Of a stretch of 36,168 nt of DNA, positions 1-9,346 are shown piece by piece. Position 1 is the first letter of the stretch. Each line of letters begins with the position of its first letter. The stretch lies in NCBI GenBank assembly GCA_038253965.1, contig JBBSGQ010000001.1, forward strand, positions 1 through 36,168, read 5' to 3'. The DNA is from Acidimicrobiales bacterium. GTDB lineage: Bacteria; Actinomycetota; Acidimicrobiia; Acidimicrobiales; Iamiaceae. A program made the translations under genes and the position numbers. A model generated the notes under the pieces. The model was not told where the DNA came from and did not search any database. It worked only from the letters and a program-made list of their open reading frames with translations.

Positions 1-367
1 GACGTCGAACCTCGCGGGCGAACCGAGAGACTTCTTCAAGCCGGAGTTCATCAACCGTGTGGACGACATCATCCGCTTCCGGTCACTCACCGAGACGGAT
101 CTGGAACGAATCGTCGAGATCCAGCTGAGCGGGCTGCGCAGGCGGTTGGGGGAGCGCCGGATCAGCCTGCAGGTCACCGGCGCAGCCGAACAGGTCCTGG
201 CCCGGGAGGGGTTCGACCCGTCCTACGGCGCTCGTCCGCTCAAGCGGGTGATCCAACGTGAGATCGGCGATCGCCTCGCCGTTCTGGTGCTGGAGGGCAA
301 AGCATCCGACGGGTCCACGGTCACCGTCGACGCCACCGCCGAGGGCGAGATCACCATCTCCGTCTGA
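1..367 (+). CDS. clpB: ClpB AAA+ chaperone, C-terminal fragment (5' end outside window)
   Basis: The frame is open from the window edge (phase of position 2). The translation ...FFKPEFINRVDDIIRFRSLT...GFDPSYGARPLKRVIQREIGD... matches the conserved C-terminal small domain of ClpB/Hsp104. Stop TGA at 365-367. Confidence 0.9.
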   Translation, partial: TSNLAGEPRDFFKPEFINRVDDIIRFRSLTETDLERIVEIQLSGLRRRLGERRISLQVTGAAEQVLAREGFDPSYGARPLKRVIQREIGDRLAVLVLEGKASDGSTVTVDATAEGEITISV

Positions 368-385
368 CCCCAATCCGAACATGCG

Positions 386-417
386 GTGCAGGCGGTCCCG
401 AACGGGACGACCTGCAC
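386..417 (+). terminator. Candidate factor-independent terminator hairpin after clpB
   Basis: Two-tier hairpin: GTGCAGG(386-392)/CCTGCAC(411-417) encloses GTCCC-GAAC-GGGAC. It starts 19 nt after the clpB stop. There is no U-tract, which is common in high-GC actinobacteria, so this is tentative. Confidence 0.4.
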
Positions 418-468
418 CCGAAGGTCGCCCTGCAGGATGACGCCACCCGCATGGAGGGGGGTGCCACC

Positions 469-3114
469 ATGCGCGGCGCTGGCCGCCTGGCACCATCGCT
501 GCCGAAACGCCGGTCCCGTACCGTACTGATCGATGTCCCATCGGTGTGCGGGCTGATGACTGGCGGTCTCTACCTGGCGCGCCGGACCGCCGCGCACCGC
601 TGGGGTTCGCTGCTCGCCCTTGGCTGCCTCCTCGCGGTTGGGTTCGGGATCGCATCGGCCAGTCTCGATGCCTCGGAGCGCACCCGGACCGCTTACGGGC
701 GGTACCTGGAGCACGCCGAGGTCGGGGATCTGGTGATCAACCCGAGCCTGTTGACCTCCGACGTCGACAAAGCCCTGCGCCACCTGCCGGGGGTCACCGA
801 CGTCCACACCGACAACCTCCTCCTCGCCACGTTCGACGAGGGTGCACCTCGCGCCGCTGGCACGTTGGACAGCGCGAGCGAGTCGGTCAGGGGCTCCATC
901 GACGGGCGGTACCGGCAGGTCGACCGGCCGGCAGTGTCTGTCGGGCGCCTGCCGACCGGCCGCCGTGAGGCGTTTCTCAGCAAGGAGGTGGCCAACAGGC
1001 TGAGGGTGCAGGTCGGCGACGAGCTGCCCATCGCCTTCTGGACCAGTGCGGAAACGCTCGGGGCGCCTGATGTCCGCGTCAAGCCCATCGGAGTCGAGCA
1101 CTTGCGGGTTGTCGGCATCGGCACCCTCGCCGACGAGTTCCTCCCGGATGAGCTCTACCCTCGTTTCCAGGTGATCGTCAGCGGCGACGTCGCTGTTCGC
1201 TACAGCTGTGTTCCTGACAACCCCGGCCGGGACGCAACGATGGCCGAGGCGTTGGCCGCGCTGTTTCCCGAACGCTGCGCGATTCAATACCGCTATTACT
1301 CCCTGCATCTGGCCAAGCACGGAACGGGGGTCGGCAAGGTCGTAGCGCGCTTCTCGTCGGACGCCGCGAAGCTCAACGACGAGCTGCCGGCCGTGGCCCG
1401 CAAGCAGGGCATCGGGTACTACGCCATCCCGACGACCACACACGATGAGGCGGCTCGAGTTGCCCGGTCCCTCCGGCCCACCGTGGCGGTCGTCGCCCTC
1501 TTCGGCGCAGCCGCTGCGGTGGCAACCCTCGTCGTGGTCTCCCTGGCGTTCGCCCGCCTGCTCCGCCGCTCTCGCGCCGACAGCGAGGTGTGGGAGCAAC
1601 TCGGCGCGCCGAGGTCGACCCGATTCATGGGCGTGGTCCTGCCGTACATGGCCATGGTGCCCTTGAGCCTGGCCGTTGGCACACTCATCGCCTACGGGCT
1701 CTCGGGCCTCGGTCCTTTCGGCGTGGCGCGCGCGATCGAGCCTTCTCCCGGGCTTCGCCTGGATCCCGCCATCGTCGGGCTGTCGTTGGTCGCCGCCGGT
1801 GGGCTGATCATCTGTCTCTTCTCCGCCCTTGCATGGCAGGCAGTTCGGACGCCGTCGGCTCAACCCCTGCCTGCGGTGAGGAGGCGTCTCTCGAGTGGGC
1901 TTCTCCGCGTCGCTCCGCTCTCGGCGGCCGAGGGTTTCACTGCGGCCACCGACCGGCGCCGCGACGCCGGTGGCCGGCTCGGTATCGCCAGCGCCGCCGC
2001 GGCGATCGCTGCCCTGACCGCGGCGCTCGTCTTCGGCAGCAATCTCGGATCGCTGCTCGCCGAGCCCGGTCGGTTCGGCTGGCCGTGGGATGCCGCAGCG
2101 GTGGTCAACTACGGGTACGGCGGAACCAACGTCAAGGCAGTAGCCGCCGACCTCGACGGTCGTCGCGACGTCGTGTCTTGGGGCGCAGCAGCTGTCACCT
2201 CGGAGGTGACCGTCGCCGGACGGTCGGTCCCCGGCTTCGTCGCGCTCAGCCGCCAGTCCACCCTCCCCCTGCCCGTGCTCGACGGACGGTTCCCGCGCCA
2301 TGCCACCGAGATCGCGTTGGGTCGGCGGACTGCGGCCGATCTGCATCTCGGTGTCGGAGACAGGACGAGGATCGCTGGGCGCTTCGGCGCCCATGAGGTC
2401 ACCGTCAGCGGCCTCGTCGTGCTGCCCTCCTTCGGGCCCGTCCTCGCTGACCGCGCCGGCCTGGGCATCGGCGCCCTGTACCCCGCATCGATCGTTCCGA
2501 CCGCTGGTGCTTCCGGTTCCGAAGAGAACGTCAGCGACGAACCGGGAAGCGATGCAAGCTTCATCGCGGTCCGTCTGGCGAGCGGTTCGAAGGGAGCAAG
2601 GAAGCTGTGGGCGGGCCTCGGTCCTCGCATCCGTCGATGGACCTCCGACAATGCTCGGCCCTTCACCTACGACTCGCCGGTTCGGTCGCCGGAGATCGTC
2701 AACGTGCAGAGCATGCGTCGTGGACCGATCGCCGTTGCGGCAGCGTTGGCGGTAACGGTCGTCGCGGGGATGGCGTTGTCGCTCGCCCTGTCAGTTCGAG
2801 CCCGCCGGCGGCACCTCGCGCTGCTCCGCGTCTTCGGCTTCACCGGCCGACAGGTGCGACGCTGCGTACGGTGGCAGGCGGTCACGACCATCGTGTTGGG
2901 AGCAGCGATCGGGCTGGCACCGGGCGCCGCTGTCGGCCGCTTCGCCTGGGGTCGTTTCGCCCGTGACCTCGGTGTCGATCCTGCGCCGTCGGTGCCGGTG
3001 CTGGTTCTGCTGGCCTTGGTGATGGCTGCAGTCGGGGTCGGGATCCTGGTGAGCGTCCTTCCGGCCGTCACTGCCAGCCGTTACCAGCCGGCCACCACGC
3101 TTCGCCAGGAGTGA
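469..3114 (+). CDS. FtsX-family (MacB/LolCE-type) ABC transporter permease with duplicated FtsX domain and two large extracytoplasmic loops
   Basis: ORF 451..3114. Hydrophobic TM clusters occur after each large soluble domain. The C-terminal ...RRRHLALLRVFGFTGRQV...TASRYQPATTLRQE is a typical FtsX terminal module. It is a clear paralogue of the 32269..34698 gene. ATG 469 is preferred because GGAGGGGGG lies 7 nt upstream; 451, 544 (GTG) and 556 remain possible. Confidence 0.8.
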   Translation: MRGAGRLAPSLPKRRSRTVLIDVPSVCGLMTGGLYLARRTAAHRWGSLLALGCLLAVGFGIASASLDASERTRTAYGRYLEHAEVGDLVINPSLLTSDVDKALRHLPGVTDVHTDNLLLATFDEGAPRAAGTLDSASESVRGSIDGRYRQVDRPAVSVGRLPTGRREAFLSKEVANRLRVQVGDELPIAFWTSAETLGAPDVRVKPIGVEHLRVVGIGTLADEFLPDELYPRFQVIVSGDVAVRYSCVPDNPGRDATMAEALAALFPERCAIQYRYYSLHLAKHGTGVGKVVARFSSDAAKLNDELPAVARKQGIGYYAIPTTTHDEAARVARSLRPTVAVVALFGAAAAVATLVVVSLAFARLLRRSRADSEVWEQLGAPRSTRFMGVVLPYMAMVPLSLAVGTLIAYGLSGLGPFGVARAIEPSPGLRLDPAIVGLSLVAAGGLIICLFSALAWQAVRTPSAQPLPAVRRRLSSGLLRVAPLSAAEGFTAATDRRRDAGGRLGIASAAAAIAALTAALVFGSNLGSLLAEPGRFGWPWDAAAVVNYGYGGTNVKAVAADLDGRRDVVSWGAAAVTSEVTVAGRSVPGFVALSRQSTLPLPVLDGRFPRHATEIALGRRTAADLHLGVGDRTRIAGRFGAHEVTVSGLVVLPSFGPVLADRAGLGIGALYPASIVPTAGASGSEENVSDEPGSDASFIAVRLASGSKGARKLWAGLGPRIRRWTSDNARPFTYDSPVRSPEIVNVQSMRRGPIAVAAALAVTVVAGMALSLALSVRARRRHLALLRVFGFTGRQVRRCVRWQAVTTIVLGAAIGLAPGAAVGRFAWGRFARDLGVDPAPSVPVLVLLALVMAAVGVGILVSVLPAVTASRYQPATTLRQE

Positions 3115-3134
3115 GCTCGTCCGCGCCGCCTCCG

Positions 3135-5198
3135 TCAATCCTCGCCCGATCGCTCCCGACGGATCTTCTCGACGAGGTGGCTCGGGACGATGTCGTAGTG
3201 ATCGTGACGGGCCGTGTAGCGGCCCCGGCCCCCGGTCAGGGAGCGCAGGTCGATCGGGTACCGCAGGAGCTCCGATGCTGGCACCAACGCGGTGATCGCC
3301 TGTTCGCCGGTACCGACCGGTCGGGCGCCCTGCACGCGCCCGCGCCGGCCGTTGAGGTCGCCCATCACGTCACCCTGCTGCGTGGTCGGGACGACGACGA
3401 TGACCTGGGAGACCGGCTCGAGCAGGACGGGACCGGCCTTGGCCAGCGCGGCTCGTATCGCGAGCCGCCCCGCAGCCCGGAACGCCATCTCTGACGAGTC
3501 GACAGAGTGCTCCTTGCCGTCGTAGAGCTCGACGCGGAGGTCGACCACCGGGTAGCCGTAGACGCCACCCGAGGTCATCGCTTCCTCCACGCCTCTTTGC
3601 ACGGCCGGGACGTAGGCCCGAGAGATCGCGCCGCCGACGATCTTGTCGACGTACTCGAAGCCTTCGCCTCTCGGCCGGGGCGCAACCCGTATCGAGCAGA
3701 CAGCGAACTGGCCGTGGCCGCCGGACTGCTTCTTGTGGCGCCCTTCAGCCTCGGCGGTGCTGGTGATGGTCTCGCGGTACGCGATCAGAACATCCTCGGT
3801 GTCGACTGCTACTCCGAACTTGCGTTGCAACTTGTCGAACGCCACAGCAAGGTGCGTCTCCCCGATGCCGCGCAGGATCGTCTGGTGGGTCTCGTCGTTG
3901 CGATGGACGGCGAGCGCTGGGTCCTCGTCGAGCAGGCGGGGCAGGGCGTTGGCCAACTTGTCGTCATCGCTCTGGGTGCGCGCGGTGATCGCCACTCCGA
4001 GCAGGGGCTCGGGAAACTCGATCGGAGGGACCGTGACGGGAGTGCCTTTCGGTGCCAGCGTGTCGCCTGTCGCAGTCGCCGACAGTTTCGACACGGCTCC
4101 GATGTCGCCCGCCACGACCTCTCTCGTCGGCTCCTGGCTTCGGCCCCGCAAGGTGAAGAGCCCGTGGAGTCGTTCGTCGGTCCCGGATCGCGTGTTCACG
4201 AGGTGATCGTCGGCGCGGATCGTTCCGGAGAGAACCTTGAACTGCGTCACATGACCGACGAACTGGTCGGCGATGGTCTTGAACACGAGGGCTAGGGGTT
4301 GCCCCGTCGGATCCGGTTTCACCGGGCTCGTGCTATCGCCGGCCGCCACCTCCACCGGCGGACGGTCGAGCGGAGACGGTCCGATCTCGCACAGGAAATC
4401 AGCCAGTCGGTCGATGCCGATCTCGGCGGTCGCCGAGCCACACACGACAGGGAAGACAGATGCCTCGTCGACTCCGACCGCCAGCGTGGCCTCCAGCTGC
4501 TCCAACGATGGCATGTCACCGTCGAGGTAACGCTCCATCAGATCGTCGTCGCCGACAACGATCCCCTCGACGAGGTTTTCGTGTACCTGGTGCTCGAGGG
4601 CTTCCATGTCGTCGGGGATCTCGCCGCGTGTTGCTTTGCCCTGGTCATAGAGCCACGCGGTATCGGTGAGCAGGTCGGCCACGCCGCGAAAGGCAGCCTC
4701 GGCGCCGATCGGCAGCTCGAGCGGCGCCACCCCCGCACCGAAGCGGTCCCGCAACTCGTCGAGGACGCTCTCGAAGCTGGCCCGCTCGCGGTCGAGCTTG
4801 TTGACGAACACCATCCGAGGCAGGCCGAGATCGGCTGCCGCCCGCCACAGCACCTCGGTCTGCACTTGCACGCCCTCCACCGCCGATACCACGAACACTG
4901 CGAGATCGGCAACCCGCAACGCGGCGTGCGCGTCGCCCACGAAGTCGGCGTAACCCGGCGTGTCGATGAGGTTGACCTTGTGGCCCTTCCACTCGAACGG
5001 CGCCACCGCCAAGGAGAGGGAGAAACCGCGAGCTTGCTCCTCCGGATCGTGGTCGCAGACGGTGGTGCCGTCCTCCACGCGGCCGAGTCGCTTCGTCGCT
5101 CCGGCGATGTGCAGGAGGGCCTCGGCCAGTGTGGTCTTGCCTGACCCCCCGTGGCCGACGATCGCCACGTTGCGGATCTTCTCCGGCGGGAAGGACAT
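3135..5198 (-). CDS. Elongation factor G-like GTPase (EF-G2-type paralogue)
   Basis: N-terminal G-domain NVAIVGHGGSGKTTLAEALL, DTPGYADF and NKLD motifs, followed by EF-G domains II-V. ATG 5198 is preceded by AGGAG at about 7 nt. The longer ORF start at 5228 is possible. Confidence 0.9.
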   Translation of the reverse strand: MSFPPEKIRNVAIVGHGGSGKTTLAEALLHIAGATKRLGRVEDGTTVCDHDPEEQARGFSLSLAVAPFEWKGHKVNLIDTPGYADFVGDAHAALRVADLAVFVVSAVEGVQVQTEVLWRAAADLGLPRMVFVNKLDRERASFESVLDELRDRFGAGVAPLELPIGAEAAFRGVADLLTDTAWLYDQGKATRGEIPDDMEALEHQVHENLVEGIVVGDDDLMERYLDGDMPSLEQLEATLAVGVDEASVFPVVCGSATAEIGIDRLADFLCEIGPSPLDRPPVEVAAGDSTSPVKPDPTGQPLALVFKTIADQFVGHVTQFKVLSGTIRADDHLVNTRSGTDERLHGLFTLRGRSQEPTREVVAGDIGAVSKLSATATGDTLAPKGTPVTVPPIEFPEPLLGVAITARTQSDDDKLANALPRLLDEDPALAVHRNDETHQTILRGIGETHLAVAFDKLQRKFGVAVDTEDVLIAYRETITSTAEAEGRHKKQSGGHGQFAVCSIRVAPRPRGEGFEYVDKIVGGAISRAYVPAVQRGVEEAMTSGGVYGYPVVDLRVELYDGKEHSVDSSEMAFRAAGRLAIRAALAKAGPVLLEPVSQVIVVVPTTQQGDVMGDLNGRRGRVQGARPVGTGEQAITALVPASELLRYPIDLRSLTGGRGRYTARHDHYDIVPSHLVEKIRRERSGED

Positions 5199-5443
5199 AC
5201 GGATCTCCTGGCTCGTTGGTGCGGTCACGGTACCGATCCCGCAGATCGCGTGACGGACCGCTCAGCGGCTTCGGCCCTGGCCCGCCGATTGTTCCTTCGA
5301 GGCCCTGTCATCTTGCCCACGGCCGATCTAGGGTCTGGCTGTCGACCAGCGCAAGGCGGCTCCGGGTCGGTGGGTGAGGGTCGTGATCGGACCGCTCCTT
5401 GCGGCCAGATGCTTCGCCGCTTTCAGGGCTCCAGGCGAACGGG

Positions 5444-6196
5444 ATGCCGATGGACAGAGAAACCCAGCTGAGCCAGGTCTTCGTCGAACTAGCCGACACG
5501 ATGGCTGCGGACTTCGACGTTGTCGAGTTCCTGCGTACCGTCACTCGCCGCTGCGAGGACCTGTTTGATGTCGACGCGGTCGGTCTGATGCTCGCTGATG
5601 CTCGCGGAGACCTGCGACTCGTGGCCGCCTCGGCCGAGCAGGCGGAGCTGCTCGAACTGTTCGAGCTGCAGAGCGAAGAGGGACCGTGCGTCGATTGTCA
5701 TCGCTCCGGACTGCCTGTCAAGGCAGAAGATCTGTGGGAGACCCAAGAGTGGCCCAGGTTCCGCGAAGAAGCCCTGGCCGCCGGCTTTCGAGGGATCCAG
5801 GCGCTGCCTCTGCATCTTCGAGGCCAGGTGATCGGGGCCTTGAACTTGTTCCGCAACGAGCCGCGGGCGCTCGACAGCCATGAGATCGCGGTTTGCCAAG
5901 CGATCGCCGATGTCGTGACGATCGGGCTCCTCCAGGCCCGGGCCGTACGCGAGGCCCACGTGTTGGCCGAGCAGCTGAGCGTCGCGCTCAGCACCCGGGT
6001 CGTGATCGAGCAGGCAAAGGGCGTTCTCGCCGAGCGGAGCAGTGTCGACATGGACACGGCCTTCCGTCTCCTACGCACCCATGCGCGCAACCACAACGAG
6101 CGCCTGGCCCAGGTTGCGTGCGACGTGATCGAGCGGCGGCTCGACCTCAGCCGGATGGACAGCGCCGAGAAGGTGAAGAGCGCCAAGACACGGTAG
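5444..6196 (+). CDS. GAF + ANTAR domain RNA-binding antitermination-type regulator
   Basis: The C-terminal VIEQAKGVLAERSSVDMDTAFRLLRTHARNHNERLAQVA is a textbook ANTAR helix bundle. The N-terminal ~150 aa look like a GAF fold. The start is uncertain (ATG 5444 or 5450; TTG 5399 is unlikely). Confidence 0.85.
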   Translation: MPMDRETQLSQVFVELADTMAADFDVVEFLRTVTRRCEDLFDVDAVGLMLADARGDLRLVAASAEQAELLELFELQSEEGPCVDCHRSGLPVKAEDLWETQEWPRFREEALAAGFRGIQALPLHLRGQVIGALNLFRNEPRALDSHEIAVCQAIADVVTIGLLQARAVREAHVLAEQLSVALSTRVVIEQAKGVLAERSSVDMDTAFRLLRTHARNHNERLAQVACDVIERRLDLSRMDSAEKVKSAKTR

Positions 6197-6353
6197 GGCT
6201 CGGGCCGGTTCTCGTTGTCCCGTGCCTCCCGACGAGGTACCGTCGTACTCGGAACTTTCGCTCGAGACCCCGGCTACGTTCCAAATCACGGGATCTTTCG
6301 CGATTTTCCCTCCAGATCTCTCGCGAAGGACCAGCCGTGAAGCCCCTGGGTGG

Positions 6354-7457
6354 ATGGTGCGTACCGCTTTGGCGCATACCTGCGCCGTTGGCGGTCGGTC
6401 GCCCATGAGCGCCCTCGAGAAGAGTGCGTGGCCGGATGACGGCCTGCCCGTGGCCGTCGTGAGAACCGACGAGGGACTGCGGGCGACGTCGGCCAACAGC
6501 GCCTGGCAGGAGCTCGCCGGCGGCGAGACCTTCCTTCCTGGGATGGGTTGGACAGCACTGTTCGAGCCGAGCGAGTGCACACTGGTCATGGCGTGGTTGC
6601 GACGTTTCTCGCGAACGAACCGAGCCGAGCCCATCGAGGTCCGTGGACGTGCCAAGGGCCAGTGGTTCGAGCTGCGCGCCTCACCGGGAGATGCGCTCCG
6701 CGGACGGTTCGTCGTGGCAGTGGTCGACATCACGGCGCACAAGCTCCGCGAGACCCAGCTCGCCTTCGATGCCACCCACGACTCCCTCACCGGGCTCCGC
6801 AATCGCGCAGCGCTCATCGAACACGCCCAGCAGGCACTCACGCGGCTCCAGCGTCAGAGGTCCATCTTCGCCGTTCTGTTCATCGACCTCGATGGGTTCA
6901 AGCGGGTCAATGACCGTTACGGACACGACGCAGGCGACGAAGTCCTCTGTGCTGTCGCGCAACGGCTCCTTGCCGTGACGAGGCCGTCGGACATCCTCGC
7001 TCGCGTCGGAGGCGACGAGTTCGTCGTTCTCTGCGATTCGTTGTCCACCGAGCAAGAGGCCACGACGATCGCCCGTCGCTTGGATGCTGCGGTGCGCGAG
7101 GCGGTCCCTGCCCGCTTCGAGGGCATCCGGCTCAGCGCGGCGATAGGTATCGCCTTCGCCGACGGCATAGACGACAGCCCGAACGCAATGCTCCGTCGAG
7201 CGGACCGCGCCATGTACCTCGCCAAGCACGGTGGTCGGACGACCAAGGATGACGAAACCCCGAGCCCGCTCGGCGCCTATGTCGACATGAGGACCCAGGA
7301 CCTCCGGCCCCGCTTCGTCGACGTGCTGGTCCGTTTGGCGGCCGAGCTCGACGATGAGTGGCGCAAGTCGACAGACGCCGACGACGCACTCGAGTGGGCT
7401 GCGGCTGGTCATCACGTGAGGCAAGCGATCGACCTCCTGCACGCGAGCAGAGCCTGA
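6354..7457 (+). CDS. PAS-GGDEF diguanylate cyclase (intact GGDEF and RxxD I-site)
   Basis: THDSLTGLRNR...FIDLDGFKRVND..GH..GD...TRPSDILARVGGDEFVVL...AD.AMY.AK. The N-terminal ~110 aa are PAS-like. The start is uncertain: ATG 6354 or ATG 6405. The upstream part of ORF 6222.. has poor GC3 bias. Confidence 0.85.
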   Translation: MVRTALAHTCAVGGRSPMSALEKSAWPDDGLPVAVVRTDEGLRATSANSAWQELAGGETFLPGMGWTALFEPSECTLVMAWLRRFSRTNRAEPIEVRGRAKGQWFELRASPGDALRGRFVVAVVDITAHKLRETQLAFDATHDSLTGLRNRAALIEHAQQALTRLQRQRSIFAVLFIDLDGFKRVNDRYGHDAGDEVLCAVAQRLLAVTRPSDILARVGGDEFVVLCDSLSTEQEATTIARRLDAAVREAVPARFEGIRLSAAIGIAFADGIDDSPNAMLRRADRAMYLAKHGGRTTKDDETPSPLGAYVDMRTQDLRPRFVDVLVRLAAELDDEWRKSTDADDALEWAAAGHHVRQAIDLLHASRA

Positions 7458-7529
7458 CCACTGCCCGGCCATCGGGATCCTCCGGCCCGACGTTTATTGG
7501 GCCGTAGGGTTGGATCGAGGTAAGAACCA

Positions 7530-9137
7530 ATGAGCACCCATCCTCATCCATGCGCTTCGCTGCGTCCCGTCCGACCATCGCAGAAGCAAGTCCATCAGCG
7601 ACGAGCCGTGCTCGGCGGTGTCCTGCTCGTGTCCCTCGCGCTCGTGGCCTCCGCCTGCACTTCTTCGGATTCGGCCAAGAAGCCCGCTTCCGGAAAGGAG
7701 ACGCGACATCAGTCGACCACCGGCGCGGGACCCGAAGCCGCGCCGAGCAGCGCCCCGATGCGTACGTCTGGTCTTGCCGCGGTGCCCAAGAAGCAATACC
7801 CCGGATGGGTCGATCCGGCGTCGTCAGGTGAACCTTGGAGCAGCAAGGTCGAGGGCCTTCTCACGTTCCGGGGCAACCCGACGCGCTCGAACTACGGGCT
7901 CGGGCCCATGCCGAAGCATCCCAAGGTGCAATGGACCTTTCCCACCGACCACCCCATGTGCGGCAGCTCATCGGTGGATGGTGTGAGCAAGCAGTGGTGC
8001 GGCACTGGCTGGACCGGCGAGCCCGCGGTGTGGGAAAAGGACGGACGCACGTGGCTGGCCTTCGGCGCCTATGACAAAGCCGTCCATGTCCTCGACGCCA
8101 AGTCCGGAGAGCGGATCCTGCCGGACTTCCCGGTCGGCGACATCATCAAGGGTTCGGTCACCATCGACCCTGACGGCCTCCCGATCCTCTACACCGGCGG
8201 TCGCGACAACTACTACCGGGCGATCGCGCTTGACCGACCGCAGCCGCTCGAGCTGTGGAAGCTGTGGTCCGAAGACGTCAAGCCGACCATGTGGAACAAC
8301 GACTGGGACGGTTCGGGACTCGTCATCGACGACTACCTGTTCGAAGGTGGGGAGAACAGCCAGTTCCACATCGTGAAGCTCAACCGGGCGATGGGTCCCG
8401 ACGGCAAGGTCACCATGCATCCCCAACTCGTCTTCCACGCACCGGGCTGGGACGATCAGTTGCTCCGCGACATCGGAGATCACGAGGTGTCGATCGAGAA
8501 CTCGGTCGCCATCTCTGGCAACACTGTGTATTTCGCGAACTCTGGTGGGCTCGTGCAGGGGTGGGACATCGCCGGCCTCAAGCAGGGTCGGACACCAACC
8601 CGGGCGTTCCGCTTCTGGACCGGAGACGACACCGACGCATCGGTAGTGATCGACAAGCAGGGCTTCCTCTACGTGGCGTCGGAGTACCAACGTCATGGAC
8701 AGCGGGCGCGCGACAACGGACAGATCATGAAGCTCGATCCCCGCAAGCCGGACAACCCGTTGGTGTGGTCGGTCCCCGACCACGACGCCTCACTGGCCGG
8801 TGTCTGGGCCACGCCGGCGGTCGTCGACGGGATGGTCCACGTCGCCACCAATGGCGGCCGATTGCTGGGCATCGATGCCGGCAACGGCAGGGTCAAGTGG
8901 CAGAAGAAGCTTCCCGGGCCCACCTGGCAGTCAGCGGTTGTGGTCGACGGTGTCCTGCTCCAAGGTGACTGCGACGGAGTGCTTCACGCCTACGACGTCA
9001 GCAAGCCAGGAGTCGAACCGAAGCAGCTCTGGTCGGTCACGCTCGGAGGGTGTATCGAGTCGACTCCGGCCGTGTGGAAGGGACGGATCTACGTCGGTAC
9101 CCGAGCCGGCCGCTTCTTCGCCATCGGGGACTCCTGA
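7530..9137 (+). CDS. Secreted PQQ-like (BamB/YVTN-type) beta-propeller repeat protein, probable lipoprotein
   Basis: Signal peptide with a lipobox-like LVASAC. The C-terminal part has repeated motifs of the kind ...G.V.A.D..TG...W (e.g. GGRLLGIDAGNGRVKWQ, GVLHAYDV, GRFFAIG), typical of PQQ-like propeller blades. SD GAGG lies upstream of ATG 7530. Confidence 0.8.
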   Translation: MSTHPHPCASLRPVRPSQKQVHQRRAVLGGVLLVSLALVASACTSSDSAKKPASGKETRHQSTTGAGPEAAPSSAPMRTSGLAAVPKKQYPGWVDPASSGEPWSSKVEGLLTFRGNPTRSNYGLGPMPKHPKVQWTFPTDHPMCGSSSVDGVSKQWCGTGWTGEPAVWEKDGRTWLAFGAYDKAVHVLDAKSGERILPDFPVGDIIKGSVTIDPDGLPILYTGGRDNYYRAIALDRPQPLELWKLWSEDVKPTMWNNDWDGSGLVIDDYLFEGGENSQFHIVKLNRAMGPDGKVTMHPQLVFHAPGWDDQLLRDIGDHEVSIENSVAISGNTVYFANSGGLVQGWDIAGLKQGRTPTRAFRFWTGDDTDASVVIDKQGFLYVASEYQRHGQRARDNGQIMKLDPRKPDNPLVWSVPDHDASLAGVWATPAVVDGMVHVATNGGRLLGIDAGNGRVKWQKKLPGPTWQSAVVVDGVLLQGDCDGVLHAYDVSKPGVEPKQLWSVTLGGCIESTPAVWKGRIYVGTRAGRFFAIGDS

Positions 9138-9346
9138 GCAGCATCGCCATGGTCATTCGAACCCCGAAACGGTACTCGAACCACCCGACACGGGCTTCCG
9201 TGCCCGGTCAGGGGTGCCGAGGCCGGAAGTGGCTCGAGAGACCGACGTCGCGCCAGGCGCTCGCCCGACCCACGAGGCCCTTGGCCGGTCAGCACCGCTG
9301 CGCCGATTAGGCTCGGTCGGTCCCGCCGGCCTGTGAAGGAGGCGCC

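Noticed and set aside
223-2394. 723-aa minus-strand ORF
   Set aside because: It is fully antisense to the FtsX permease gene. The product is low-complexity and Arg/Gly/Pro/Ala-rich with no motifs. This is a typical stop-poor antisense artefact of high-GC DNA.
6230-6245. ANTAR target (dual hexaloop) motif
   Set aside because: Only a single 5-bp hairpin with hexaloop AGGTAC is present. As I recall the consensus (A at loop position 1, G at position 4, two tandem hairpins), position 4 does not fit and no second matching hairpin follows.
9138-9346. Riboswitch (purine/ZTP-type) or PurR-box upstream of the pur blocks; also checked 15225-15351, 16693-16843 and 20881-21045
   Set aside because: I could not recognise the conserved cores of purine or ZTP riboswitches by eye. 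Absence is not proven without a covariance-model scan.
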